40,478 nt of DNA from positions 6,807,461-6,847,938 of the forward strand of contig NC_057754.1 of the NCBI RefSeq assembly GCF_004010195.1, read 5' to 3'. Position numbers and translations under genes: made by a program. The notes beneath the pieces are model-generated. The model was not told the DNA's origin and made no database searches. It saw only the letters and a program-made list of their open reading frames with translations. Of the stretch, positions 1 through 10,555 are shown piece after piece. Source of the stretch: Chiloscyllium plagiosum (Eukaryota). The first letter of the stretch is position 1. Every line of letters starts with the position of its first letter.

Positions 1-64
1 TATCTCTGTAACCCCCTCCAGCCCCTACACCCCCTCCCTATCTCTGTAACCCCCTCCAGCCCCT
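1..64. repeat. 38-bp minisatellite (TATCTCTGTAACCCCCTCCAGCCCCTACACCCCCTCCC), truncated by window start
   Basis: The unit starts at 1 and again at 39; about 1.7 copies are visible. Confidence 0.8.
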
Positions 65-590
65 CTGGCAGTTGGTGGTACAGAAGTTTCAGGTACAGCC
101 TCTCCCCGCTGGATAGCTGGAATGTCTGCATTCCCGCTCATTGGGCGCCAGAGCAATGCAGGACCACCCACCTCCACTACCCCTGAGCCGAGGGGAGAAA
201 GAGAGAGTGTGTGGGCGGCTTTAATTCCTTTGTCCAGGTGAATTCACTGTGCGTTTGCGGGGAATGTAAATCCGAGGCCTCTCTTGAACTCGCTGAGAGG
301 AATCGCAGAGACAGCAGAAACCTCAAACATCCTGGGTTTGTTCTCCCTCTTTCAACGCAAGAATATTTCCGTGAGTTCTCTCGGCCAAACGGCTTGCGGG
401 GAAGTGCTGAATAATTCATGCCTCTCCAGAGGCCATTATTTATTTCTCTCTTCCCTGTAGAAATGAGTATCCACAGAGCTAAAGGTTAATCCAGAATCTC
501 GGATTCACTCCTATTCCTCACCTCCCTTTCCACGTCTTTCGAATTTACTGGAGAACTGGATGAGAAAATTCGATTTCAAATAGCCAATTA

Positions 591-985
591 TCCCGTCAAA
601 CACTCCCCAGGACAGCATGGGGTTAGATACAGAGTAAAGCTCCCTCTACACTGTCCCCCATCAAACACTCCCCAGGACAGGGACAGCACGGGGTTAGATA
701 CAGAGTAAAGCTGCCTCTACACTGTCCCCCATCAAACACTCTCCAGGACAGGGACAGCACGGGGTTAGATACAGAGTAAAGCTCCCTCTACATCGTCCCC
801 CATCAAACACTCCCAGGACAGGGACAGCACGGGGTTAGACACAGAGTAAAGCTCACTCAACACTGTCCCCCATCAAACATTCCCCAGGACAGGGACAGCA
901 CGGGGTTAGATACAGAGTAAAGCTCCCTCTACATCGTCCCCCACCAAACACTCCCCAGGACAGGGACAGCATTGGGTTTGATAAA
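591..985. repeat. 70-71-bp minisatellite (GGTTAGATACAGAGTAAAGCTCCCTCTACACTGTCCCCCATCAAACACTCCCCAGGACAGGGACAGCACGG), about 5.5 copies
   Basis: GGTTAGA(T/C)AC recurs at 621, 692, 763, 833 and 904. Confidence 0.95.
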
Positions 986-1166
986 AGAACTTGGAATGTC
1001 TTTTGCAGAGTGGGAATGTGGTTGCTGTGGGATAGGGATTGGGAATGAGGAGGGAGCCTTTCCAACGTTGCCGATTGCCCACTCTAGCTCTGCCTTATCT
1101 TGCAGTTGACCCCATGGTTGTCCTATTCCTCTGCCCTCGCCCCTCCTTGATGTCCCTGGTATCGCT

Positions 1167-2150
1167 GAGTGTGTCTGTGTGTGCGTGTGTGTGTTTGTGT
1201 GTGGGTGTGTGTTTGTATGTGTGTGCATATGTGTGTGTGTGTTTATGTGTGTGAGAGTGTGTGTATGTGTGAGTGTGTGTGTATGCATGTGAGTGTGTGT
1301 ATGTATGTGTGTGTGTTTGCGTGTGAGTGTGTGTGGGGGGTTGTGAGTGAGTGTGTGAGAGTGTGCGTGTGAGTGTGTGTGAGAGAGAGAGTGTTTTTGT
1401 GTGGGGGTGTGTGTGGGTGTGGGTGTGTGTGTGGGTGTGTGTGTGATTGGTGTGNNNNNNNNNNNNNNNNNNNNNNNNNNNNNNNNNNNNNNNNNNNNNN
1501 NNNNNNNNNNNNNNNNNNNNNNNNNNNNNNNNNNNNNNNNNNNNNNNNNNNNNNNNNNNNNNNNNNNNNNNNNNNNNNNNNNNNNNNNNNNNNNNNNNNN
1601 NNNNNNNNNNNNNNNNNNNNNNNNNNNNNNNNNNNNNNNNNNNNNNNNNNNNNNNNNNNNNNNNNNNNNNNNNNNNNNNNNNNNNNNNNNNNNNNNNNNN
1701 NNNNNNNNNNNNNNNNNNNNNNNNNNNNNNNNNNNNNNNNNNNNNNNNNNNNNNNNNNNNNNNNNNNNNNNNNNNNNNNNNNNNNNNNNNNNNNNNNNNN
1801 NNNNNNNNNNNNNNNNNNNNNNNNNNNNNNNNNNNNNNNNNNNNNNNNNNNNNNNNNNNNNNNNNNNNNNNNNNNNNNNNNNNNNNNNNNNNNNNNNNNN
1901 NNNNNNNNNNNNNNNNNNNNNNNNNNNNNNNNNNNNNNNNNNNNNNNNNNNNNNNNNNNNNNNNNNNNNNNNNNNNNNNNNNNNNNNNNNNNNNNNNNNN
2001 NNNNNNNNNNNNNNNNNNNNNNNNNNNNNNNNNNNNNNNNNNNNNNNNNNNNNNNNNNNNNNNNGTGTGTGAGTGAGTGTGTGTGTGGTATGTGAGTGAG
2101 TGTGTGGGTGGGTGAGTGTGTGTGGGTCTGCGTGTGTTTGAGTGTGTGTT
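1167..2150. repeat. Degenerate (TG)n microsatellite spanning an assembly gap
   Basis: TG/GT dinucleotide runs lie on both sides of the N run at 1455-2064. Confidence 0.95.
1455..2064. other. Assembly gap (610 N)
   Basis: N run. Confidence 1.
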
Positions 2151-2504
2151 GTTGCTGGCCGCTTAATTTCTCCCTCGAGTCAGTGTTTGGTTTGTGGTGA
2201 CCTCCATCACTTGTTTGATTCTTTCATTGCGCACACTTCCCAGTGTCTTAAAGAATCTTGCCCTCGCAGATGCTGATCTTATCTGACGTGTGAGATGTAC
2301 AAATCAATGAGAAAATTTCACTTACTCAGCCTCCCAGTGTCCCAGAGTGGCTCCTTTAATGTCCTCCAGTGCTCAGAAATATTACTCTGTTTAATTGTTT
2401 CTTCAGATGAAGTAAAACCTTTCGGGTTCAGAGAGAGCGTTAGCGTAGCCCATCAGGAGGAGAAAAAATATTAATCTTTGATGTGGTGAAAGATGTTTTG
2501 CTTA

Positions 2505-4360
2505 GATTTAATGTTCCATGGGACTTGGGTGTCGCTGGCTGGGCCCAGCATTTATTCCCCCCGTCCCTAATTGCCCCCTTTGAGAAGGTGGAGATGAGCC
2601 GCCATCTTGAACCGCTGCAGTCCGTGTGCTGTGGGGTAGACCCACAATGCACTGGGGGAGGGAGTTCCAGGATTCTGACCCAGTGACACTGAAGGAATGG
2701 CCGATATATTTCCGCGTCGGGATGGGGAGTAGTGGGAACTTGCAGGGGGGGCTGGTGTTCCCATGTACCTGCTGCCCCTTGTCCTTCAAGATGGAAGTAG
2801 GCGTGGGTTTGGAAGGTGCTGCCTGAGGAGCCTCGGGGAGTTGCTGCAATGCGTCTTGTAGATGGTACACACTGCTGCTACTGAGCATCGGGGGGGGTGG
2901 AGGGAGTGGGTGTGGTGCCAGTCAAGTGGGTTGCTTTGCCCCGGATGGTGTCAAGCTTCTTGAGTGTTGTTAGAGCCGCCCTCTTCCAGGGGCAGGTGGG
3001 GAGTATTCCCTCACCCTCCTGACTCGTGCCTTGTTGATGGTGGACAGGCTTTGTGGGAGTCAGGAGGGGAGTTACTCGCTGCAGGATTCCCAACCTCTGA
3101 CCTGCTCCTGTAGCCGCTGTGTTTATGTGGGGAGTCCAGTTGAGTTTCTGGTCAGTGGTGACCCCCAGGAAGTTGACAGTGGGGAATTCAGTTATGGTAA
3201 TGCCATTGAACGTCAAGGGGGTGATGGTTAGATTCAGTGATGGTAACACCATTGAATGTCAAGGGGGCAATGGTTAAATTCAGTGATGGTAACACCATTG
3301 AATGTCAAGGAGGCGATAGTTAGATTCACTGATGGTAACACCATTGAATATCAACGGGGCAATGGTTAGATTCACTGATGGTAACACCATTGAATGTCAA
3401 TGGGGCAATGGTTAGATTCACTGATGGTAACACCATTGAATGTCAAGGGGGTGATGGTTAGATTTAGTGATGGTAACACCATTGAATGTCAAGGGGGTGA
3501 TGGTTAGATTCAGTGATGGTAACACCATTGAATGTCAAGGAGGCGATGGTTAGATTTAGTGATGGTAACACCATTGAATGTCAAGGGGGTGATGGTTAGA
3601 TTCAGTGATGGTAACACCATTGAATATCAAGGGGGAGATGGTTAGATTCACTGATGGTAACACCATTGAATGTCAAGGGGGTGATGGTTAGATTCAGTGA
3701 TGGTAACACCATTGAATGTCAAGGAGGCGATGGTTAGATTTAGTGATGGTAACACCATTGACTGTCAAGGGGGTGATGGTTAGATTCAGTGATGGTAACA
3801 CCATTGAATATCAAGGGGGTGATGGTTAGATTCAGTGATGGTAACACCATTGAATGTCAAGGGGGTGATGGTTAGATTCAGTGATGGTAACACCAGTGAA
3901 TGTCAAGGGGGTGATGGTTAGATTCAGTGATGGTAACACCATTGAATATCAAGGGGTTGATGGTTAGATTCAGTGATGGTAACACCATTGAATGTCAAGG
4001 GGGTGATGTTTAGATTCCGTGATGGTAACACCATTGAATGTCAAGGGGTGATGGTTAGATTCAGTGATGGTAACACCATTGAATATCAAGGGGGTGATGA
4101 TTAGATTCAGTGATGGTAACACCATTGAATATCAAAGGGGAGATGGTTAGATTCAGTGATGGTAACACCATTGAATGTCAAGGGGGTGATAGTTACATTC
4201 AGTGATGGTTACACCATTGAATGTCAAAGGGGTGATGGTTAGATTCAGTGATGGTAACACCATTGAACGTCAAGGCGCAGTGGTTGGACTGTCTCTTATT
4301 GGTGACGGTTGTTGCCTGGCATTTGTGTGGCAGGAATGTTGCTTGCCACTTTCCAAGCCT
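2505..4360 (-). mobile_element. 5'-truncated non-LTR retrotransposon (CR1/L2-group LINE, a different family from the HER1-like CR1s), with the RT C-terminal region and 3' tail, split by an internal minisatellite
   Basis: The minus strand reads KWQATFLPHKCQATTVTNKRQSNHCALTFNG (about 4350-4260), then the array, then LTFNGITITEFPTVNFLGVTTDQKLNWTPHINTAATGAGQRLGILQR...TTLKKLDTI (ORF 2878..3252). This is typical LINE post-RT thumb sequence and is frameshifted. Confidence 0.85.
3185..4285. repeat. 45/46-bp minisatellite (GATTCAGTGATGGTAACACCATTGAATGTCAAGGGGGTGATGGTTA), about 23-24 copies
   Basis: Direct tandem units, e.g. starting at 3231 and 3277, with no unique spacers. Confidence 0.97.
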
Positions 4361-4534
4361 AACTGCCCATTGAGGAGGTGTTACATTCTCTGGGGCTGTG
4401 GCGTGGTTATACCCGGAGTGACGTCAGTGAGTGATGTCCCCAGATTTGGATACCATCCCTCCCCTCCTCCCCCACCCCCCCCCTCCCCAGTTGGATTCTG
4501 AGACCAACATGAGAAAGGCCCCCCGAGCGAATCT

Positions 4535-4750
4535 GGAAGAGAAAACCGAAAGAACTCCAGATGTCGGAAATCAGGAGAAATCGCGGAGAAAACTCAACAG
4601 GTCTGGCAGTGTCCATGGAGAGAGAAAGCAGCCTGGAGACTGGCAATCCTTCTTCAGCATGGGTCTGAAACGTTCGGTCTGCTTTCTATCTCCCCAGATA
4701 CTGCCAGACCCTGCTGAGTTCCACCAGCAGCAATTTCTGTCCTTGATTTT
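4535..4750. mobile_element. Imperfect inverted-repeat element, probably a Penelope-like terminal-repeat derivative
   Basis: AACTCAACAGGTCTGGCAGTGTCCATGGAGAGAGAAAGCAG is mirrored by CTGCTTTCTATCTCCCCAGATACTGCCAGACCCTGCTGAGTT. The centre holds TCTTCAG (CTGAAGA on -) and GAAACGTT. Confidence 0.55.
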
Positions 4751-5049
4751 TAATCTCGGGAATGCACTGTTTCTTTCAGGCAGATGACTGCTCAGTGACA
4801 GTCTTGTTTAAAAGGTGTCCATCTTAATCTCTGCACATTCCGTTGATAGTCAGCCAGTGTATCCGTGTGTTAGACAGCCAGTCAACTCTATATACGATCT
4901 ATTAATAATCTAAGTAACTCAGACTCCGGCTCAGTAAGTCTCTGGATGTCATTGTCATTTGTATGGCTAATAAGTTTCCAGATATCCTTGATATTGGTGA
5001 GGCTACATTTGAAGCACTGCATGCTTGCTCTACAGTAGAAAGGGTATTA

Positions 5050-5548
5050 TTAAAGAGTGCAGGAAAGATTTGTTGGGATGCTACCTGGGCTGGAAGGTTT
5101 CTGTTATGAGGAGAGGTTGGAAATGCTGGGAAGTTTCTGCCCTGCAGCTGAAGAGAGACCCTTACAGGGTCAAAGGGCCGAATGTCCTTACTTCCACTCC
5201 TATGTCTTATGATCTTATTGAGGTTTATAAAACCATGAGAGGCGTGGATAAGGCAGATCGTCAACAGCTTTATCCCCAGGGTAGGGGAGTCTAAACCCAG
5301 AGGATGCAGGTCTAATGTCAGAGGGGAGGAATACAAAAGGGTCCAGGGGTCAGCCGCAGAGGGTGGGAAGAGTCTGGAACAGGCTGCCAGAGGTCGTGGT
5401 GGAAGTGAGTACAGTTTGAGAAACATTTGGACAGGTACATGGATGGGATAGGTATGGAGGGATATGGACCAAATGCAGGGCAAATGGGACACATTTAATT
5501 GTGAAAACTGGGCAGCATGGAGAGGTTGGGCCGAAAGGCCTGTTTCTA
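5050..5548 (+). mobile_element. CR1 LINE 3' fragment (degraded)
   Basis: DLIEVYKTMRGVDK motif and the CR1-type tail GGAGGGATATGG...GGGCCGAAAGGCCTGTTTC. Confidence 0.85.
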
Positions 5549-5925
5549 CTTGAAAGGGTTCAGAAAAGATTAACAAGGATGTTGCCAGGGTTGGAGGGTT
5601 TGAACAGGCTGGGGCTGTTTTTCCTGGAGCGTCGGAGGCTGAGGGGGGACCTTATAGAGGTTTATAAAATCATGAGGGGCATGGATAAGGTAAATAGATA
5701 AGGTCTTTTTCCTGGGGTGGGGGAGTCCAGAACTAGAGGTTTAGGGTGAGAGGGGAAAGATATAAAAGAGACCTAAGGGGCAATTATTTCATGCAGAGGG
5801 TGGTGCGTGTATGGAATGAGCTGCCAGAGGAAGTGGTGGGGGCTGGTACAATGACAACATTTAAAAGGCATCTGGATGGGGACATGAATAGGAAGGGTTT
5901 AGAGGGATATGGGCCAAGTGCTGCC
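5549..5925 (+). mobile_element. CR1 LINE ORF2 C-terminal fragment
   Basis: LERVQKRLTRMLPGLEG..LERRRLRGDLIEVYKIMRG..RVVRVWNELPEEVV..FKRHLD. Confidence 0.92.
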
Positions 5926-6044
5926 AATCTCAGTGGGCAAAAGGTCCCCCTCTATGATCTGTCACTCCCTGTAGCCATCGCACTGCCCATTCTTGAAGCA
6001 AATGCATTGTGGGTAAAGGAGCAGCCATTCTCGCACAGCAATTT

Positions 6045-6184
6045 CATAGAATCCCTACAGTGTGGAAACGGGCCCTTCAGCCCAACAAGTCCACACCAAC
6101 CCTCCGAAGAGTTACTCACCCAGACCCATTCCCATCCCCTATTAACCTACATTTACCCTGACGAATGCACCTAACCTACACATC
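6045..6184 (-). mobile_element. 3' part of an HE1-like SINE; it continues at 8819 after the CR1 insertion
   Basis: CATAGAATCCCTACAGTGTGGAAACGGGCCCTTCAGCCCAACAAGTCCACACC is the reverse complement of the SINE tail seen at 34560-34610. Confidence 0.85.
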
Positions 6185-8815
6185 ATAGAACATTCCAGCG
6201 CAGTACAGGCCCTTCGGCCCTCGATGTTGTGCCGACCTGTGAAACCAACCTGAAGCCCATCTAACCTACACTACTCCACTCTCATCCATATGTTTATCCA
6301 ATGACCATTTAAATGCCCTTAAAGTTGGCGAGTCTGCTACTGTTACAGGCAGTGCGTTCCACACCCCTCCTACTCTCTGACATCTGTCCGATATCTATCA
6401 TCCCTCAATTTAAAACTAAGTCCCCTCTTGCTAGCCAACACCATCTGAGTAAAAAGATCCCTCCCTGTCCACCCTTCCTAACCCTCTGATTATCTTTTAT
6501 GCCTCTATTAAGTCACTTCTAAACCTTCTTCTATCGAACAAAAACAGCCTCAAGTCCCTCAGCCTTTCCTCGTAAGACCTTCCCTCCATACCCAGGCAAC
6601 ATCCTGGTAAATCTCCTCTGAACCCTTTCCAAAGCTTCTGCATTCTCCCTATAATGCGGTGACCAGAACTATACGCAATACTTCAAGTGCAGCCGCACCA
6701 GAGTTTTGTACAGCTGTAGCATAACCTCATGGTTCCGAAACTCAATCCCTCAACTAATAAAAGCTAAAACACAGTATACCTTCTTAACAACCCTCTCAAC
6801 CTGGGATGCAACTTTCAGGGATCGATGTACCTGGACACCGAGATCTCTCTGCTCATCTACACTACCAAGGATCTTACCATTTGCCCAGTACTTTGCATTC
6901 CAGTTACTCCGACCAAAGTGAATCATCTCACAGTTTTCCCACATTAAACTCAAAGTGAATCATCTCACAGTTTTCCCACATTAAACTCCATTTGCCACTT
7001 CTCAGCCCAGCTCTGTAGCTTATCTATGTCCCTTTGTCACCTACAACATCCTTCGTCACTGTCCACAACTCCACCGACCTTAGTGTTGTCTGCTAATTAA
7101 CTAACCCATCCTTCTATGCCCTCATCCAGGTCGTTTATAAAAATGAAGAACAGCAGTGGCCCCAAAACAGATCCTTGCAGTACACCAAAGTAACTGAATT
7201 CCGGGATAAACATTTCCCATCAACCACCATCCTCTGTCTTCTTTCAGCTAGCCAATTTCTGGTCCAAGTCACCCTCAATCCCTTTCCTCCGGATGTTGTG
7301 CAGTTGCCTACCATGGGGAACCTTATCGATCACCTTACTGAAATCCATATACACCACATCAACCGCTTTACCCTCATCTACCTGTTTGGTCACCTTCTCA
7401 AAGAACTCAATAAGGTTTGTGAGGCAAGACCTACCCTTCACAAAACCATGTTGACTATCCCTAATCAACTTATTCCTCTCTAGATGATTATAAATCTTGT
7501 CTCTTATAACATTTTCCAACACTTTACCAACAACTGAAGTAAGGCTCACAGGTCTATAATTACCAGGGCTGTCTCTACTCCCCTTCTTGAACAAGAGGAC
7601 AACATTTGCTATCCTCCAGTCTTCTGGCAGTATTCCTGGAGACAATGACAATTTAAAGATCAAAGCCAAAGGCTCAGCAATCACCTCACTGACTTCCCAG
7701 AGAATCCTGGGATAAATCCCATCCGACCCAGAGGACTTATTTACTTTTACACTTTCCAGAATTGCTAACTCCTCCTCGTGATGAACCTCAATCCCATCTC
7801 GTCCAGTAGCCTGTATCTCAATATTCTCCTTGACCACATTGTCTTTTTCCAGTATGAATACTGATGAAAAATAATCATTTAGTGCTTCCCCTATCTCCTC
7901 TAACCCCACGCACAACTGCCCGTGACTATCCTTGATTGGCCCTAACCTTACTCTAGTCATTCTTTTATTCCTGATATACCAATAGAAAGCCTCAGGGTTT
8001 ACTCTGATCCTATCCACCAACAACTTCTCATGTCCCCTCCTGGCTCTTCTTAGCTCTCTCTCTAGGTCTTTCCTGGCTAACTTGTAACTCTCAAGTGCCC
8101 TAGCTGAGCCTTCACATCTCATCCTTCTTCTTCCTCTTGACAAGAGATTCAACTTCTTTAGTAAACCACGGCTCCCTCACTTGACCACTTCCTCCCTGCC
8201 TGATAGGTACATACTTACCAAGGACCCACAGTAGCTGTTCCTTGAATAAGCTCCACATTTCAATTGTGCCCATCCCCTGCTGTTTCCTTCCCCATCTATG
8301 CATCCTAAATCTTGTCTAATCGCATCATAATTGCCTTTCCCCCAGCTGTAGCTATTGCTTCCTGGTGTATACCTATACCTTTCCATCACTAAAGTAAACT
8401 TAACCGAATTGTGATCACTATCACCAAAGTGCTCACCTACCTCCAAATCTAACACCTGGCCGGGTTCATTACCCAGTACCAAATCCAATATGGTCTTGCC
8501 CCTTGTTGACCTGTTTACATACTGTGTCAGGAAACCCTCCTGCACACATTGGACAAAAACTGACCCAGCTAAAATACTTGAACTACAGTATTCCCAGATT
8601 GAGAAGTTAAAGTTCCCCCATAACAACTACCCTGTCACTCTCACTTCTATCGAGGATCATCTTTGCTATCCTTTCCTCTACATCTCTGGAACTATTTGGA
8701 GGCCGATAGAAAACTCCCAACAGGGTGACCTCCTTTCCTGTTTCTAACCTCAGCCCATACTACCTCAATAGAGGAGTCCTCTAAAGTCCTTTCTGCAATG
8801 TTTAACTATCATTGA
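6185..8815 (-). mobile_element. CR1/HER1-like LINE, about 2.6 kb, 5'-truncated and inactive (endonuclease C-terminus, RT, 3' tail)
   Basis: ORF 8177..8626 has ILDLVLGNEPGQV..HFGDSDHNSVKF (APE endonuclease). ORF 7244..8152 has PGNYRPVSLTSVVGKVLE..SQHGFVKGRSCLTNLIEFF..VDVVYMDFSK (RT). There are several frameshifts, and the catalytic FADD has decayed to *LADN near 7085-7100. Confidence 0.96.
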
Positions 8816-8818
8816 CTA

Positions 8819-9347
8819 ACATCCCTGAGCACTACGGGGCAATTTAGCACGGCCAATCCACCCTAACCTGCACATCCCTCGACACTATGGGACAATTTAG
8901 CACGGCCAATCCACCCTAACCTGCACATCCCTGGGCACTATGGGACAATTTAGCACGGCCAATCCACCCTAAGCTGCACATCCCTGGATACTATGGGACA
9001 ATTTAGCACGGCCAGTCCACCCTAACCTCCACATCCCTGGATATTATGGGACAATTTAGCATGGCCAATCCACCCTAACCTGCACATCCCTGGGCACTTT
9101 GGGACAATTTAGCACGGCCAATCCACCCTAACCTGCACATTGCTGGACACTATGGAACAATTTAGCACGGCAATCCACCCTAACCAGCACATTTTTGGAC
9201 TGTGGGAGGAAACTGGAGCACCCGGAGGAAACCCACGCAGACACGGGGGGAGAAGGTGCAAACTCCACACAGACAGCCAGCCCGAGGGTGGGATCGAACC
9301 TGGGACCCTTGCGCCGTGATGCAGCAGTGCCAACCACTGAGCCACCC
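8819..9347 (-). mobile_element. HE1-like tRNA-derived V-SINE (head and body) containing a 53-bp tandem expansion
   Basis: The minus strand has box A TGGCTCAGTGG, box B GGTTCGATCC and the core TGTGTGGAGTTTGCAC..GTGTCTGCGTGGGTTTCCTCCGGGTGCTCC. Confidence 0.92.
8820..9195. repeat. 53-bp minisatellite inside the SINE, 7 copies
   Basis: CAATTTAGC at 8840, 8893, 8946, 8999, 9052, 9105 and 9158. Confidence 0.95.
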
Positions 9348-9374
9348 TTGGAAAAGGCGAACTGCCTTGCGAAA

Positions 9375-9440
9375 TGTTGGCCTCTCTGAGCCAGGATGTC
9401 CAGGGTTCAAGACCTGCCTGCTCCAGAAATACATCATAGC
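9375..9440 (+). mobile_element. Possible tRNA-like SINE head fragment of a second family
   Basis: CTCTGAGCCAGGATGTCCAGGGTTCAAGACCTGCCTGCTCCAGA contains a box-B-like GGTTCAAGACC. Confidence 0.35.
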
Positions 9441-9539
9441 AATGAAGGGAATTCTAACAGCAATAAAAAACGCGGACGGAGATCTGCTCAGGATCCTGGG
9501 TAATATATACACAGAGAGCAGAAGGAACTGACCCCTTAC

Positions 9540-9835
9540 TGGAGGAGATCAATGAAGAGGGGTCATTGATTTGAGGGAAGGGGCAGGAGGTTTCGAGGGG
9601 AACGTGAGGGGAAACGTTTTCACCCAGAGGGTGGTGGGAGTCTGGAACGCGATGTCTGTGAGGGGTGGGAGAGGCAGAAACCACACCCCCGCCCATCGCA
9701 TTGAAGAAGGATTTAGACGGTCCCACACGATGCCAAGGCTACGGGCCAAGTGCTGGAGAATGGGGTTAGAATAGGGAGGTGGATTGGCACAGATCCATTG
9801 GACTGAAGGGCCATTCTCTATGCTGTCGACCTCTC
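9540..9835 (+). mobile_element. CR1 3' fragment
   Basis: VRGNVFTQRVVGVWNA motif and the tail GGACTGAAGGGCC..TCTATGCTGT. Confidence 0.8.
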
Positions 9836-10244
9836 TGACCGATTGGAAGAAACCGCCCTCCAGAGATCCAAGCCACGTAGTAGGCCTGTACCCTCTTGAC
9901 TTTAGAAATGGGGAAGGAATATTTAGACCCAAGTCTCCACGGTGCTAAAGGGCAGCAGTTCGGATTGCAAGAGGGGAGACGATGGGTTGTGAGGAGTGAA
10001 GGGGGGTGTTGGGCTGGGTACAATTGGCCTCTGGTCAATGAAACAAGTGACTTCCAGGATTTATTGGGAAAAATAAAGTGGGATTTAGGTGTGTCCTTAA
10101 AGTTTTTCTTTCAGTGGGAACAAGGAAGGAAGGCTGGGTGAAGCAAACATTGACAACCTCAAATCGACGAGAATTTCTGTCAACAGTGCTTGAGATCAAA
10201 TAAAACCACCCCATCCTACCCCACCAACTCCCTGTGACTTTCTT

Positions 10245-10555
10245 TGATATCGGAGCAGGATGAGACCATTCAGCCCATCAAATCTGCTCCACATGGCTGA
10301 TATGTTTCTCAACCCCATTCTCCCACCTTCTCCCCGTAACCCTTGACCCCCCTCCCCCACCAATCACAATGAGATCCCCCCCCCCCCATCCTTCTAAATC
10401 CCAATGAGTACAGACCCAGAGTCCTCACCCGCTCCTCATACGACAAGCCCCTCATCCCCAGGATCGGTCGTGAAAACCTCTTCGGGACCCCCCTCCAGGG
10501 CCAGCAACATCCTTCCTTAGATACGGGGCCCAAAACTGCTCAAGCTATTCTCAAA
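10245..10555 (-). mobile_element. CR1 3' fragment with internal deletion
   Basis: RFSRPILGMRGLSYEERVRTLGLYSLGFRRM (ORF 10309..10533), followed by a CR1 tail. Confidence 0.85.

Noticed and set aside
211..414. ORF or exon bounded by CAG| at 237 and GTGAGT at 371
   Set aside because: There is no recognisable homology, and the splice-like signals are ambiguous between donor and acceptor.
4419..4426. CRE palindrome TGACGTCA
   Set aside because: A single 8-mer is expected by chance in 40 kb, and no linked gene start is evident.
7244..8152. 302-aa ORF as a functional reverse transcriptase
   Set aside because: It is a fragment of a 5'-truncated CR1 with frameshifts and a destroyed FADD motif.
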